NCBI GenBank assembly: GCA_965657655.1
Contig: CBFHPC010000001.1
Coordinates: forward strand, 8,678-72,677
DNA length: 64,000 nucleotides
Source: Henriciella sp.
GTDB taxonomy: Bacteria > Pseudomonadota > Alphaproteobacteria > Caulobacterales > Hyphomonadaceae
Direction of reading: 5' to 3'
Numbering within the stretch: position 1 is the first letter of the stretch; each line of letters begins with the position of its first letter. Below the pieces are notes generated by a model. That model saw only the letters and a list, made by a program, of their open reading frames with translations, did no database searches and was not told the origin of the DNA. This document shows, piece by piece, positions 23,263-34,304 of this stretch. A program made the position numbers and the translations under genes.

Positions 23263-25239
23263 ATGATACAGGTCACTCTTCCAGATGGTTCCGTTCGCGA
23301 CTTCGAGAACGGGGTAACGCCCTACGACGTGGCCAAAAGCATTTCAGGTTCGCTTGCCAAGAAAGCGCTTGCGGCCCGGATTGATGGCGAATTACGGGAT
23401 CTGATGCGTCCACTTGACGGCCATGCGAGCATTGAAATTGTCACAGCATCAGATGCTGACGGGCTGGAATTGATCAGGCATGACGCCGCGCATGTTCTGG
23501 CGCAGGCGGTACAGGATCTGTTTCCGGGAACGCAGGTAACGATTGGTCCTGTAATTGATGACGGTTTTTATTACGACTTCGCGCGCGAGGAGCCGTTTTC
23601 CTCGGAAGACTTCGCCGCCATAGAGAACAGAATGCGCGAGATCGTCGATGCTGACTATCCGATCGAGCGCGAAGTCTGGGAGAAAGACGCTGCTATCGCC
23701 GAATTCGAGCGGCTTGGCGAAGTCTACAAAGCTCAGATTATCGACGATATAATTCCTGCCGGTGAGGACATCACCATTTATCGACAGGGTGACTGGTTTG
23801 ACCTCTGTCGAGGCCCTCACCTGCCATCGACAGGCAAATTACCGAAAGCCTTTAAGCTGATGAAGCTCGCGGGCGCATATTGGCGCGGTGACAGCAAAAA
23901 TGAGATGTTGCAGCGATTATATGGAACAGCCTGGGCAAATGAAAAAGACCTGAAAGCGCATTTAACCCGGCTGGAGGAGGCTGAAAAACGCGACCACCGG
24001 AAACTGGCAACCCAGCTTGATCTGTTTCACCTCGACAGTCTGGCGATGGGGTCGGTGTTTTGGCACCCGAAAGGCTATCAGATCTGGTTGCAGGTGGAGG
24101 CCTATATCAGACGCCGTCTCGCTGCTGAGGGATATAATGAAATCAAAACGCCGCAATTAATGGATAGTGCCCAATGGGAGAAATCCGGACATTGGGGAAA
24201 GTTCCGCGAAAACATGTTCGTGGTCCCTGATTTTGTGCCGGATGGCGAAGGCGAAGTTACAGTTCCAAAAGATGCCAAATTAATGGCGATCAAGCCGATG
24301 AACTGCCCGGCACATGTCGAAGTGTTCAAATCAGGCCAGAAATCATATCGTGATTTACCATTACGACTGGCGGAATTTGGCTGTTGTCACCGTAATGAAC
24401 CGCATGGTGCCTTGCATGGGATTATGCGGGTCCGGCAATTCACCCAGGATGATGCCCACATCTTCTGCCGTGAAGATCAGATCATTTCCGAAACCGAGCG
24501 GTTCTGCGCCCTGCTCCAGAGTGTATATGATGATTTCGGCTTCACCGATGTTCAGGTTAAATTGTCGACGCGCCCCGAGGTCAGGGCCGGATCGGATGAT
24601 GTTTGGGACCGCGCCGAGCAGGATCTTGAAGAAGCCATTCGTCACACCGGTCTGCCCTATGAAATTATGCCGGGCGAAGGTGCGTTCTACGGTCCAAAGC
24701 TCGAATTTCAGCTGACCGATGCGATTGGCCGGGTCTGGCAGTGCGGCACGCTACAGCTTGATTTTGTTCTGCCAGAGCGTCTGGGTGCTGAATATGTTGC
24801 CGAAAGCGGTGCAAAAGAGCGCCCGGTGATGTTGCACCGCGCTATTCTCGGTTCGATGGAGCGCTTTCTGGGTATTCTGATCGAAGAATTTGCGGGCGCT
24901 TTCCCATTATGGCTCGCGCCGGTGCAAATTGTTGTGGCAACCATTACATCCGAAGCTGACCCGTATGCCGAACGTGTCGCTGAATCACTTCGGGAGGCCG
25001 GTTTCCGGGTTGAAGTCGACACCCGGAATGAGAAAATCAACTATAAGGTGCGGGAGCATTCGGTCCAGAAGGTACCCGTTATCGCTGTGGTTGGCGCGCG
25101 TGAGGCTGAGGCCGGTGCGGTTGCATTGCGGCGGTTCGGTTCGAAAGCGCAGTCGATTTTGTCGCTCGAGGATGCCATCCGTGATCTGTCGGCCGAGGCA
25201 TTGGCGCCAGATTTGAAGCGGACAGACTCGGTCGATTAG
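23263..25239 (+). CDS. thrS: Threonine--tRNA ligase
   Basis: TGS domain, [42 protein letters not shown]. Confidence 0.98.
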   Translation: MIQVTLPDGSVRDFENGVTPYDVAKSISGSLAKKALAARIDGELRDLMRPLDGHASIEIVTASDADGLELIRHDAAHVLAQAVQDLFPGTQVTIGPVIDDGFYYDFAREEPFSSEDFAAIENRMREIVDADYPIEREVWEKDAAIAEFERLGEVYKAQIIDDIIPAGEDITIYRQGDWFDLCRGPHLPSTGKLPKAFKLMKLAGAYWRGDSKNEMLQRLYGTAWANEKDLKAHLTRLEEAEKRDHRKLATQLDLFHLDSLAMGSVFWHPKGYQIWLQVEAYIRRRLAAEGYNEIKTPQLMDSAQWEKSGHWGKFRENMFVVPDFVPDGEGEVTVPKDAKLMAIKPMNCPAHVEVFKSGQKSYRDLPLRLAEFGCCHRNEPHGALHGIMRVRQFTQDDAHIFCREDQIISETERFCALLQSVYDDFGFTDVQVKLSTRPEVRAGSDDVWDRAEQDLEEAIRHTGLPYEIMPGEGAFYGPKLEFQLTDAIGRVWQCGTLQLDFVLPERLGAEYVAESGAKERPVMLHRAILGSMERFLGILIEEFAGAFPLWLAPVQIVVATITSEADPYAERVAESLREAGFRVEVDTRNEKINYKVREHSVQKVPVIAVVGAREAEAGAVALRRFGSKAQSILSLEDAIRDLSAEALAPDLKRTDSVD

Positions 25240-25265
25240 CCGGATCCGCCAGCGCCCCGAAGCGC

Positions 25266-26294
25266 TTAGGATTGTGGCAGTGTCGCGTTCAAAGTCGAGA
25301 AACTGTAGCCTGATATGGCAAAAGCCCAACCCGATGCGCGCCGATTGATATTGTGGGCCTGATTAGTGGCTTGCTCATTGGTGCTGCCGGCTTGCAATAC
25401 AACCCATGGCCCGTCGCGCTCGGAATAGATGGTCAGCGCCAGGATCAGGCCATTCGCCGTCATAATTTCATAGCTGATGCGGGCGGGGCCGGTGAGCCGG
25501 TCGGCGCCCTGGACATCGATGAATGTCAGATCCGCGATCGATTGGGCGAGCCGCGCCGGCGTGACGATTTGGCGAAACCCTCGCAATGTCGTGTCGGTCG
25601 ATGCCTGGCTTAGTGCAGATGGTGGAATAGCGGGTAAGAGCATGACCTCGGGCTGTCCGGGTCGAAATGCCATGATGGATTCAATCGCGTCCGGTTCAAG
25701 ATCATAAATGTCGAGGTCTAGCCATGGCCGTTGATTGTAGAATGGCGGCAGGTCGCCATCCGCCTGATAGCTGGTCGCTTCGCCGTCTTTCCGCAGGTAA
25801 AGGCCTGACGGGGTGCGGCCGATAATCAGATCGACCAGCGGTGACTGCGTGGCTGCGTAAATTTGCAAGCGGACGCCATTGCCGCCTTGATCGGGTGATC
25901 CCAGCCCGATGATGCCGTATTTCTTCGGGTCGGCGGTCTGGCGTCCCTGATAGGTGAGGTCGACCAGTCCTGTCAGGAACTGGGCCAGCGTGACGGCGTT
26001 GATGGGGTAGGAATCCGCGGTTGCCATTGTCCAAACATTGTCTTGCCGGCGCAGCGCGTAAGATCCGTCTGCCATTGTGAAACGGAGTTCGGTCATTGCA
26101 TCAATCTGATCCTCGAGACCCGGCAAAACCTGACCTTGCAAACGGTCGGGCTGGCCAACTTGCCCGCTTCGGGTCATGATCAGGGACGCGATTATCATGC
26201 CCCAGACGACCATAGTGACAATGATCAGACGGGTAATCAGACGGGACTGATTGGTGATGGGATGCAGAACGCTCAACCGTTTCGCCTCCGCCAA
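25266..26294 (-). CDS. DUF4340-like membrane-anchored periplasmic protein
   Basis: Single N-terminal TM, W-x5-YP, YGIIGL and LIIG motifs; last gene of the Gld-like ABC operon. Confidence 0.7.
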   Translation of the reverse strand: MAEAKRLSVLHPITNQSRLITRLIIVTMVVWGMIIASLIMTRSGQVGQPDRLQGQVLPGLEDQIDAMTELRFTMADGSYALRRQDNVWTMATADSYPINAVTLAQFLTGLVDLTYQGRQTADPKKYGIIGLGSPDQGGNGVRLQIYAATQSPLVDLIIGRTPSGLYLRKDGEATSYQADGDLPPFYNQRPWLDLDIYDLEPDAIESIMAFRPGQPEVMLLPAIPPSALSQASTDTTLRGFRQIVTPARLAQSIADLTFIDVQGADRLTGPARISYEIMTANGLILALTIYSERDGPWVVLQAGSTNEQATNQAHNINRRASGWAFAISGYSFSTLNATLPQS

Positions 26295-28153
26295 TATATT
26301 AGGCCTGCAAGTAACAGCATAAGCGCTGGCGCGGCGATAATTGTGAACAGTCGCAGACTTGTTTCCAACTGGTCAATATCCCGCCGGTAGCTACGCTCGA
26401 TTTCCCGAAGAGCAGTCCGGGTTTCGAGAATTGCGGTTTTTAGCTCCACCAGTTCCCGGCGTTCATCTTCCGACAAAAGGTCCGTGATTTGTGGGGTCGT
26501 GATATCTTCATCTTGATTGGCCGGCTCAAGTTCCGATAGCCGGTCCTGGAAGTCTCGCAAGCGTGCTTCCGCGACGGCCTGCCGGCGGGATAGCCGCGCC
26601 TCGGCTTGCGACCGCATACGCTGAATGCGTTGCATCGGCCTGTCACCCGGCACCCGTGCACGAAGATCCATGAGATCGAAGCGATTGGATAATTTGTCGA
26701 GCACATTGATCAGAAATACTGAATTATCGGCATAGGCCGTACCGCCATCGGGCGCCAGATACAGGCTGTCGTCGAGCATGTCGGCATCGGCAATGAAGTA
26801 AATCTCCACACTGTCGCGGCTAGTTTTCAAGACCGGATTATTTTCGAGCCAGGTCACGATATCGGCCCGATCCTGGTCGCTCCCGGCTGCCAATTGCGGG
26901 CGTGGCGGGCCGTCGGGAAATGCCGATGCCAGCTGTCCTTCAAGATATACAGCGAAGTTTACCCGATCCGTTTCGGCTATGTACTGCTCTGTCACCTGCG
27001 CAGCCGAGATATTAATCGCGGCCGTTTCAGGCTCTATTCGCGATGGCCCGCGGCCCGACATCATTAGCACCTCGCGACGGCCATTGGCGGTATCATCAAG
27101 CGTAAAGTATCCCGGCGCGGCTAGATTTATGCCTCTCGACAGCATGGATGTGGACAGGCTTGCGGCTGTGATCTGCGCGGCTGGAACATTCACAAAAATC
27201 GGGTGTTCGACAATGCTGATCCGGCCATAATCATTCTCGCTTTCAATTGCGATAGCGTTTTCTTGATCGGCGATCGCGTCGGCGGCAAGCTGAATGCCCC
27301 ACGCATCGGTTATCGGGTTGAGGTCAGACCGGATCTGCCGGTTCTGAAGCCCGAAGGGACCGCCTCCGCTGGCCGTCTTGGCAGCTGGATCGAGCAGGAT
27401 CAGTGCCTTACCGGTCCGCATGATAAATTGGTCGATTTGCCATAGTTGCCACTCCGTCAGGTTTGGCGGATGCGCCAGAAACAGAATATCGATCTGATCG
27501 GGCAGGCGGACGAAGTCGGGACTGATTGGTGCGACCGTGAAGCGTTCTGCCATCGTGCGGGCAAACTCCAATCCGACTTCCGGGGTCAGCGGATCAAGCT
27601 CGGGAAGCGTTGTCAGCAGTCCGATTGTCGGCGCGATAGGCTGGTCGAGGCGTTGGATGAGCCGTGTTAGGTTGAATTCCAGTGCCGCGTCTTCATCTGG
27701 ATCGAGGAAGCCGATTATGACAGTTTGATCGACGCTGTTCTCGCCGATGATACCAAAATATAGAGATTGGTTTCGGGCGGTGTTGACCCCGACCAGACCA
27801 GATGACGTGATTAGGTCCTCATCCTCGCTGAACGGCAAAGGGTCGAGTTCGGTAATTGTTAATTTGCCTTTTGAAAGGCTCTCATAGGTTCTCAGAAGCT
27901 CGCGGACGCGGGACGCATAGGCGCTGATGCTGGGATAGGATTGTCCGAGGCTACGGGTATAGACAAATTTCAGCTTAACCGGCTCTCCAATATTACCGAG
28001 TGTCGTTTTCGTGCCATCGGATAGGGTGTAGAGCTGGCGCTCGGTAACATCAAACCGGATATTGCTTAACCATACAAAGCTAAGAATATTAATCCCGATA
28101 AATATCATGGCGATCAAGGCGCCGGCCGTGGATAAATACTGGCGGGCGGTCAT
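26273..28153 (-). CDS. GldG-like ABC transporter auxiliary protein
   Basis: RFDVTERQLYTLSDGT, DPLPFSEDED, IDQFIMRTGK, IADADML, C-terminal coiled coil plus TM. Confidence 0.88.
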   Translation of the reverse strand: MTARQYLSTAGALIAMIFIGINILSFVWLSNIRFDVTERQLYTLSDGTKTTLGNIGEPVKLKFVYTRSLGQSYPSISAYASRVRELLRTYESLSKGKLTITELDPLPFSEDEDLITSSGLVGVNTARNQSLYFGIIGENSVDQTVIIGFLDPDEDAALEFNLTRLIQRLDQPIAPTIGLLTTLPELDPLTPEVGLEFARTMAERFTVAPISPDFVRLPDQIDILFLAHPPNLTEWQLWQIDQFIMRTGKALILLDPAAKTASGGGPFGLQNRQIRSDLNPITDAWGIQLAADAIADQENAIAIESENDYGRISIVEHPIFVNVPAAQITAASLSTSMLSRGINLAAPGYFTLDDTANGRREVLMMSGRGPSRIEPETAAINISAAQVTEQYIAETDRVNFAVYLEGQLASAFPDGPPRPQLAAGSDQDRADIVTWLENNPVLKTSRDSVEIYFIADADMLDDSLYLAPDGGTAYADNSVFLINVLDKLSNRFDLMDLRARVPGDRPMQRIQRMRSQAEARLSRRQAVAEARLRDFQDRLSELEPANQDEDITTPQITDLLSEDERRELVELKTAILETRTALREIERSYRRDIDQLETSLRLFTIIAAPALMLLLAGLIYWRRRNG

Positions 28154-28914
28154 TTTGGCACCCGTCGGCGATATTCGATAAGAAGACGTGTCGCGGCAAT
28201 ACTTAATCCGATAAAGCTTAAGAAAAATATGATATTTCTGAGTTCAACCACACCGCGCTGGGCCGGGCTGAAATGGGTCATGAACGAAAATTGGGAGACG
28301 ATTTCGCTGAGCGCTGGTCCGAACACCGAATCAATGTTCACGCTTAATATCGGCCATCCTGCGGCCGTGATAAGAAAGCTGGCGCCGACACTCAAGACAA
28401 ATGCGATCGCCGAGCTAGAGGTCAGCGCCGAGACTGTTGAGCCAATACCCAGAAAGGCACCGGCCATTAGCCAGCTCATCAGATAGGATACGGCGATGAC
28501 ACCATTATCGGTGTCGCCGAGATAGTTGACCATGATCCACCAGGGTAACGTCATGACAAGGCCGGCGCCGGCAACCGTCCACGCCGCCAGCAGCTTGCCG
28601 GTAACCAGGCCGGACAGACTTACTGGCAACGAATTAAGCAATTCAATTGTGCCGAGAAGTTTTTCATCCGACCATAGGCGCATCGCCAGAGCCGGCATGA
28701 AAAAGATATAAAGCCAGGGGTGCCAGCTGAAGAATGCATCAAGATCTGCTTTTCCAGCCTCGAAAAAGCCTGATATGTCCCATGTGAAAAGCCCGATACT
28801 GGACAAGAAAATCGCCAGAAAGATATAGGCCAGCGGCGTCGCAAAATATGTTGACACTTCACGTTTCCACGCGGTGGCGGCCGTGGTTAAAGCGTATGTC
28901 AGATGCGGGCTCAA
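28150..28914 (-). CDS. GldF-like ABC transporter permease
   Basis: REVSTYFATPLAYIFL, HPWLYIFFMPALAMRLWSDEK, GTIELL. Confidence 0.92.
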   Translation of the reverse strand: MSPHLTYALTTAATAWKREVSTYFATPLAYIFLAIFLSSIGLFTWDISGFFEAGKADLDAFFSWHPWLYIFFMPALAMRLWSDEKLLGTIELLNSLPVSLSGLVTGKLLAAWTVAGAGLVMTLPWWIMVNYLGDTDNGVIAVSYLMSWLMAGAFLGIGSTVSALTSSSAIAFVLSVGASFLITAAGWPILSVNIDSVFGPALSEIVSQFSFMTHFSPAQRGVVELRNIIFFLSFIGLSIAATRLLIEYRRRVPK

Positions 28915-29639
28915 TATGTTGCGCTCGCCGTTTCAGATACCAGTGCGGCGAATGCCGTTTCAAGACTGCCCGCGCTGCGCGCGGCAAATTGTTCTGGTGT
29001 TTCGTCTGCGATGATCCGGCCATGATCAATTAATACAGTCCGCGAACACATCGCCGGAATATCGTCGAGATTGTGGGTTGAAATCAGGACAGCTTTATCC
29101 GGTGCCATTGTCGAGATTAAATTTTTGACTGCCGATCTTTGAATCGGGTCAAGACCGTCGAGCGGTTCGTCCAGGATAAGCGCTGGCGGATCATGTAGCA
29201 GGGCGCCGGCTAGTCCAACCCGCCGTTTGAAGCCTTTAGATAAGGTTGAAATTGTCTGACCAAGCGCACTCGCCAATCGCGTATCATTAATAACACGCTC
29301 CAAGGCCGACCGGCGCGCAGGCCCGCGTAATTGATGACAGTCAGCCATAAAATCGAGAAATTCGGCGACCCGCATGTCGGGATATAGTGGCGCGCCTTCC
29401 GGCAAATATCCGATCAGGCGCTGGGCTTGCCGGCGATGTTCAAGAATGGAATAGCCGGAGATCCTGGCATCGCCGGCATCGGGTTCGATGGCGCCGCATA
29501 TCATCCGTAATGTTGTTGATTTCCCGGCGCCATTCTGGCCCAGAAATCCAATTACCTCGCCCTTTCCAATCTGAAACGAGACCGATGCTACGGCCTGTTT
29601 CTTGGAGAAAGACTTGGTTAGCTTTTCAACCACCAACAT
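28911..29639 (-). CDS. GldA-like ABC transporter ATP-binding protein
   Basis: GQNGAGKST, LSKGFKRRVGLA, LILDEP, STH. Start placed at ATG 29639 (29645 also possible). Confidence 0.93.
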   Translation of the reverse strand: MLVVEKLTKSFSKKQAVASVSFQIGKGEVIGFLGQNGAGKSTTLRMICGAIEPDAGDARISGYSILEHRRQAQRLIGYLPEGAPLYPDMRVAEFLDFMADCHQLRGPARRSALERVINDTRLASALGQTISTLSKGFKRRVGLAGALLHDPPALILDEPLDGLDPIQRSAVKNLISTMAPDKAVLISTHNLDDIPAMCSRTVLIDHGRIIADETPEQFAARSAGSLETAFAALVSETASATY

Positions 29640-29887
29640 CGCCATCACTTTCGAGTTCGGTCTATTTTTACCAGTATCGCGCGCTTTGACTAGGGCGCAT
29701 CCGATGATCTGGCCTGTTTTTAGCCGGGAACCGGGTCGCCCTGGCCCCACCGGCATTGGTCCTGGAATATCGACATTGGCTTATCTGGCGTGACGCTTAT
29801 ATTGAACCAGCGGGCCCGGTCGCGGTTGCGGCGCGTTTTCAGGGCACGCCGATAGCCGAGTAGCCACGCAGAGAGGCGGGAGTATAG

Positions 29888-30232
29888 ATGAGCGCAGATA
29901 ATATAACGCATATCCAGCCGCCGCCTGCCTCGTCAAAGATTGCGTTTCAGCGCCCCGAAATGAGTTTGATCCTGAATGTATACGGTCGTCTGGTTATGGC
30001 CGGCGAGGCGAAGGATTATGCGATTGGCATGCACCGTGACCAGGCCGTTTTCGCCATTTTCAGGCGCCATGCTGATAGCCCGACATGGCGGATTGTGAAA
30101 ACACCGGCGCTCGCCAGAGCGCAAGGCGCTTATGCTATTATTGGTAGTCAGGGACAGACCTTAAAGCGTGGCAAGGAACTGTCCTCCACGCTTAGTGTTT
30201 TCGACACGAGACGGTTTGCCATTATCAGTTGA
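29888..30232 (+). CDS. DUF2794 family protein
   Basis: F-x-R-x-E-x3-IL-x2-YGR-x-V-x-AGE-x-KDYAI, QGAY, LKRG pattern. Confidence 0.85.
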   Translation: MSADNITHIQPPPASSKIAFQRPEMSLILNVYGRLVMAGEAKDYAIGMHRDQAVFAIFRRHADSPTWRIVKTPALARAQGAYAIIGSQGQTLKRGKELSSTLSVFDTRRFAIIS

Positions 30233-30279
30233 TAGGGCCGAGTTTAGCTGCCGCGCTTTTGTTTCGCAGCCGCCTCTGA

Positions 30280-30951
30280 TTATTGTCCGATCAGCCGTTG
30301 GATAAGGCCGAGGGCGCCGGTGAACTTCAAGCCACCATTCCGGATTGCCAGAGCGTAACAGACCCCGTCATCATCACCAACCGGCTGGTGGGTGTCAGCA
30401 GCGTCTTTGACACAAAGGTCGCCGGCCACATGATGACCGGTCTCATCGCTGAAACCACCGGTTACAACAAGGGTATATTCCTCTCCGGAATGGGAGTGAC
30501 GTGGAACCATTTGACCGGGTTCGATCCGATACAATTCAGCGGTAGACTCGCTGCCTGTATCAAGATTTAACCGTTTAACCCCTGATGACAGGGCACGCCA
30601 GCCTGACTGACCGCAAGCTTCCAGTGCCGAACTTCTGAGGGGTTCCGGAAGATCCAGTATTTCGCTGAGCGCGTAGCCAGCCTGCATAACGCCTTCGGTC
30701 ACATCCCTACGCTCTGGCTCAATACTGTCGATCAAGGCCATTGCACGATCGAGAGCCCCGTCCGACAATTCTGTCGGCGTTTCATTTTCCAGGAAAGCGC
30801 CGGCAATGCTCTCGGCCCGCGCAACAGCTCTTTCGACGCTCGGTCGCAAGGCCGCCTGGGTCGCAACCATCAGTGAAAACGCCGGATCCAAGGTCCCGGC
30901 CGCATAGGCGCTGTAGATCTCGTTATGATCAAAATTATCAGACTGTGGCAT
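30280..30951 (-). CDS. chrR: ChrR family anti-sigma-E factor (anti-sigma domain plus cupin)
   Basis: AYAAGTL..AFSLMVAT N-terminus; cupin motif PRHSHSGEEYTLV..GGFSD...HQP; downstream of an ECF sigma factor. Confidence 0.9.
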   Translation of the reverse strand: MPQSDNFDHNEIYSAYAAGTLDPAFSLMVATQAALRPSVERAVARAESIAGAFLENETPTELSDGALDRAMALIDSIEPERRDVTEGVMQAGYALSEILDLPEPLRSSALEACGQSGWRALSSGVKRLNLDTGSESTAELYRIEPGQMVPRHSHSGEEYTLVVTGGFSDETGHHVAGDLCVKDAADTHQPVGDDDGVCYALAIRNGGLKFTGALGLIQRLIGQ

Positions 30952-31044
30952 ATATTCTGGTTTCCAGTGTGAACTACTTAATTACTCGATATTGTTGGCT
31001 TTCGTTTTTCGTCAAGTCTCAAGGAATTTATTCTGCTGAAAACT

Positions 31045-31620
31045 CTAATTCTGTTCAGAAAGCTGCCGCCGGAGTTTCTGGAATGCGAGCCGGATGCGTG
31101 ACTTCACCGTACCGAGCGGCAAGTCGAAAAGCTCTGATATCGCCGCGTGCGACAGCCCGTCATAAAAAGCTGCTTTCAGCAAATCCATCTGGTCGTCTGG
31201 GAGCGTGTTGATTTCGCGGCGGACAACTATTTCAATTTGCTGCCGGTTTACAGTGATATCAGGCTGCTCGGTCTGTTGCGGTTGCAGCATCTGATCTGAC
31301 GGGTCGAGTTCGGGACGCGCCCGGCGATGTCGGTCAATACGGCGGTTTCGGGCAATCCGGAAGATCCAGGTTGAGACGGAGGCCTGCTGCGGGTCATACT
31401 GGTCGGCTTTACGCCAGACATTGAGCATCACATCCTGAACGATCTCTTCTGCGGCGGCTTCATCGGTCCCCTGCCGGATCAGAAAGGTTTTCAGCCTTGG
31501 CGCAAAATGTTCGAACAGTTCCGCGAAAGCCTGTTTGCAGCGCTCATCTGCAACGCGTTGAATGCAATCCGCCAAATGCGAACGTTCATCAATAGAATCT
31601 AATTGATTTTTTAAAGACAC
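31045..31620 (-). CDS. rpoE: ECF sigma factor, RpoE type paired with ChrR
   Basis: AFAELFEHFAPRLK, AEEIVQDVML, STWIFRIARNRRID, PLGTVKSRIRLA. Confidence 0.9.
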   Translation of the reverse strand: MSLKNQLDSIDERSHLADCIQRVADERCKQAFAELFEHFAPRLKTFLIRQGTDEAAAEEIVQDVMLNVWRKADQYDPQQASVSTWIFRIARNRRIDRHRRARPELDPSDQMLQPQQTEQPDITVNRQQIEIVVRREINTLPDDQMDLLKAAFYDGLSHAAISELFDLPLGTVKSRIRLAFQKLRRQLSEQN

Positions 31621-31793
31621 AACAGACCTTTACCGCGTTTACAATCTACATAAACTTTCCTTCGTGGCCGAATGCAACAGCATTCTCTGAATATTTTACA
31701 TCTGAAATGTGTCCAAACGGCATCTTAGTTTTGCCTTAAGCCTATTTCAGTATGTATATAGACTTCGTTATTTCTTTATCAGGAGAGAACTTC

Positions 31794-32291
31794 TTGTTTG
31801 TCCGTTTATCAACGTCCGTCCTTGCAATCCTGTTATTACCGCTCGCTGTCTCGGCGCAGCCATCAGCGCTGGCGAAGTTTAGAGACTGGACCGTCTTTAC
31901 CGATAACAATGCCGCGGGAAAAATTTGCTATGCCGCGACGGTTGCAAGCGATAAGGCGCCGCGCTCCGCCAGTCATGGTGATGTCTGGTTCTATGTTTCA
32001 AGCTGGGGTTCCGGTGTGGCGACAAATCAGCCGAGTCTGAGGGTTGGCTATGATTTGCGCGATGATATTCCCGGAAAGGCGATTATTGGCCGGACATCCT
32101 GGCCTCTATACGGGGTTGGCGAGGAAGCCTATGCGACCGATGAAGATGATCCGGCATTGGTCGCGGCAATTAAGGCGGGCCGGGAACTTCGAATCGAAGC
32201 AACGTCGTCGCGCAATACGCGGGTTGCCTATCATTTCTCTCTATCGGGGTCGACTGCGGCGATCGAGCTGGCACAAAGCGAATGTCGCTAA
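31794..32291 (+). CDS. Invasion-associated locus B (IalB)-like exported protein
   Basis: Signal peptide after TTG 31794 (AGGAG RBS); FRDWTVF...KICYA, FSLSGSTAA, terminal Cys. Confidence 0.75.
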   Translation: MFVRLSTSVLAILLLPLAVSAQPSALAKFRDWTVFTDNNAAGKICYAATVASDKAPRSASHGDVWFYVSSWGSGVATNQPSLRVGYDLRDDIPGKAIIGRTSWPLYGVGEEAYATDEDDPALVAAIKAGRELRIEATSSRNTRVAYHFSLSGSTAAIELAQSECR

Positions 32292-32344
32292 AATCAAGCC
32301 TTGCGGGCGCTTGACAACTTGTATGCTTGTTATCACTTGCCCCT

Positions 32345-33004
32345 ATGACAGAGGTTAAGATTTGCGGTCTGCAAGATACGAGCATTATCCGGGTTGCGGC
32401 GGAAGCCGGCGCTGACTGGGTCGGCTTTGTCCTGTATCCGGCCAGCCCAAGAAATATATTAGGGTCGGGCGTGGGTGCGCTCGACCAGCTTGCCGATCTG
32501 ACAGGCTTTGCCGCCGAACTTGGAATTCGCAGTACCGTATTAATGGTCGATCCAAGTCCGGACCTTGTTCAGGACGTCCTCGACATGGCATCACCGGATT
32601 CGATACAATTGCATGGCAATGAAAGCCAAGAGCAGGTGTTGCGGCATGTTCGCGATATTGATGGGCGTGCGGAGCTTTGGAAGGCGCTCCGTGTGCGGTC
32701 GCCAGACACGCTGTCCGACCTTGAAGACTGGTATGTCGATCGCTTCTTATTTGATGCTCCGCCGCCGCAAGATGGCGAGCTTCCCGGCGGCAATGGAGAA
32801 CGCTTCGATTGGGATCTGCTGGATGGCCTCGAGATTGACCGCCCCTGGTTTCTGGCTGGTGGTCTGACACCGGACAATGTAAACGCGGCGATACTGGCGA
32901 CGAATGCGCGTGCGGTCGATGTGTCCTCTGGCGTCGAAGGTCTGCGGGGCGTAAAGGATGAGGTTCTCATCCATGCTTTTATTGAAGCCGCTAAATCAAC
33001 TTAA
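32345..33004 (+). CDS. trpF: Phosphoribosylanthranilate isomerase
   Basis: [43 protein letters not shown]. Confidence 0.97.
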   Translation: MTEVKICGLQDTSIIRVAAEAGADWVGFVLYPASPRNILGSGVGALDQLADLTGFAAELGIRSTVLMVDPSPDLVQDVLDMASPDSIQLHGNESQEQVLRHVRDIDGRAELWKALRVRSPDTLSDLEDWYVDRFLFDAPPPQDGELPGGNGERFDWDLLDGLEIDRPWFLAGGLTPDNVNAAILATNARAVDVSSGVEGLRGVKDEVLIHAFIEAAKST

Positions 33005-33015
33005 GGAACGGGCTT

Positions 33016-34227
33016 ATGGACTTGCGCAATACCTGGGACAGTTGGCCGGACGAAAGCGGACGATTTGGTGATTTTGGGGGTCGCTATGTCGCCGAAACCT
33101 TGATGCCCCTGATCCTCGATCTTGAATCCGAATATGAGGCGGCCAAGAAAGATCCGGCCTTCATTCAGCAAATGGATGATTTATGGACCCATTATGTGGG
33201 CCGGCCGTCACCATTATATCATGCAGAACGGCTTAGCGATCATTATGACGGGGCCAAGATCTATTTCAAACGTGACGAACTCAACCATACCGGAGCGCAT
33301 AAGATCAATAATTGTCTTGGCCAGGTCCTGCTGGCCAAACGGATGGGCAAAAAGCGGATTATTGCGGAGACCGGGGCTGGCCAGCACGGCGTTGCAACCG
33401 CGACGATCTGCGCCCGGTTCGGATTGCAATGCGTTGTGTTTATGGGCGCAACCGATGTCGAGCGGCAGAAGCCGAATGTCTTTCGAATGAAGCTTTTGGG
33501 GGCGGAGATTATTCCCGTCACAAGTGGAACCGGGACCCTCAAGGATGCGATGAATGAAGCCTTGCGCGACTGGGTTACGAATATTGATACAACTTTTTAC
33601 TGCATTGGTACGGCCGCCGGCCCGCATCCCTACCCCAAACTTGTACGTGACTTTCAGAGCGTTATCGGCCGCGAGGCCCGCGCCCAGATACTCGAGCGGG
33701 AAGGCCGGCTGCCGGATGCTCTGGTGGCGTGTATCGGCGGCGGTTCCAATGCGATCGGCCTGTTCCATCCCTTTCTGGATGATGAGACTGTCCGCCTGAT
33801 CGGGGTTGAAGCGGCCGGGCATGGCGTTGAATCAGGTCAGCATGCGGCCGCACTGAATGGCGGGGCGCCCGGCATATTGCATGGCAATAAAACCTATCTT
33901 TTGCAGAATGATGACGGCCAGATCATCGATGCGCACTCGATAAGTGCCGGTCTGGATTATCCCGGAATTGGTCCGGAGCACGCCTTCCTGCGGGACACCG
34001 GCCGGGCGGAGTATTTGACCTGTACCGATGCGGACGCATTACAGGCTTTTCAACTTTGTACCCGGCTGGAGGGCATTATCCCGGCATTGGAACCAAGTCA
34101 TGCCCTCGCGCGGGTTGGCCAGATTGCCCAGGATATTGGTCGGGACGGGCTCATTATTCTCAATCTTTGTGGTCGCGGTGACAAGGATGTGTTCAGTGTG
34201 GCGGCGCATCTCGGGATCGATTTATGA
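33016..34227 (+). CDS. trpB: Tryptophan synthase beta chain
   Basis: [45 protein letters not shown]. Confidence 0.99.
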   Translation: MDLRNTWDSWPDESGRFGDFGGRYVAETLMPLILDLESEYEAAKKDPAFIQQMDDLWTHYVGRPSPLYHAERLSDHYDGAKIYFKRDELNHTGAHKINNCLGQVLLAKRMGKKRIIAETGAGQHGVATATICARFGLQCVVFMGATDVERQKPNVFRMKLLGAEIIPVTSGTGTLKDAMNEALRDWVTNIDTTFYCIGTAAGPHPYPKLVRDFQSVIGREARAQILEREGRLPDALVACIGGGSNAIGLFHPFLDDETVRLIGVEAAGHGVESGQHAAALNGGAPGILHGNKTYLLQNDDGQIIDAHSISAGLDYPGIGPEHAFLRDTGRAEYLTCTDADALQAFQLCTRLEGIIPALEPSHALARVGQIAQDIGRDGLIILNLCGRGDKDVFSVAAHLGIDL

Positions 34228-34304
34228 TCTATGCGGGGGTATCCGGCTGGGCCGTTGGCGACCGGGTTTGCGGGTTGCGATAAGGTAGACATGAGGTAGC
34301 GGAA

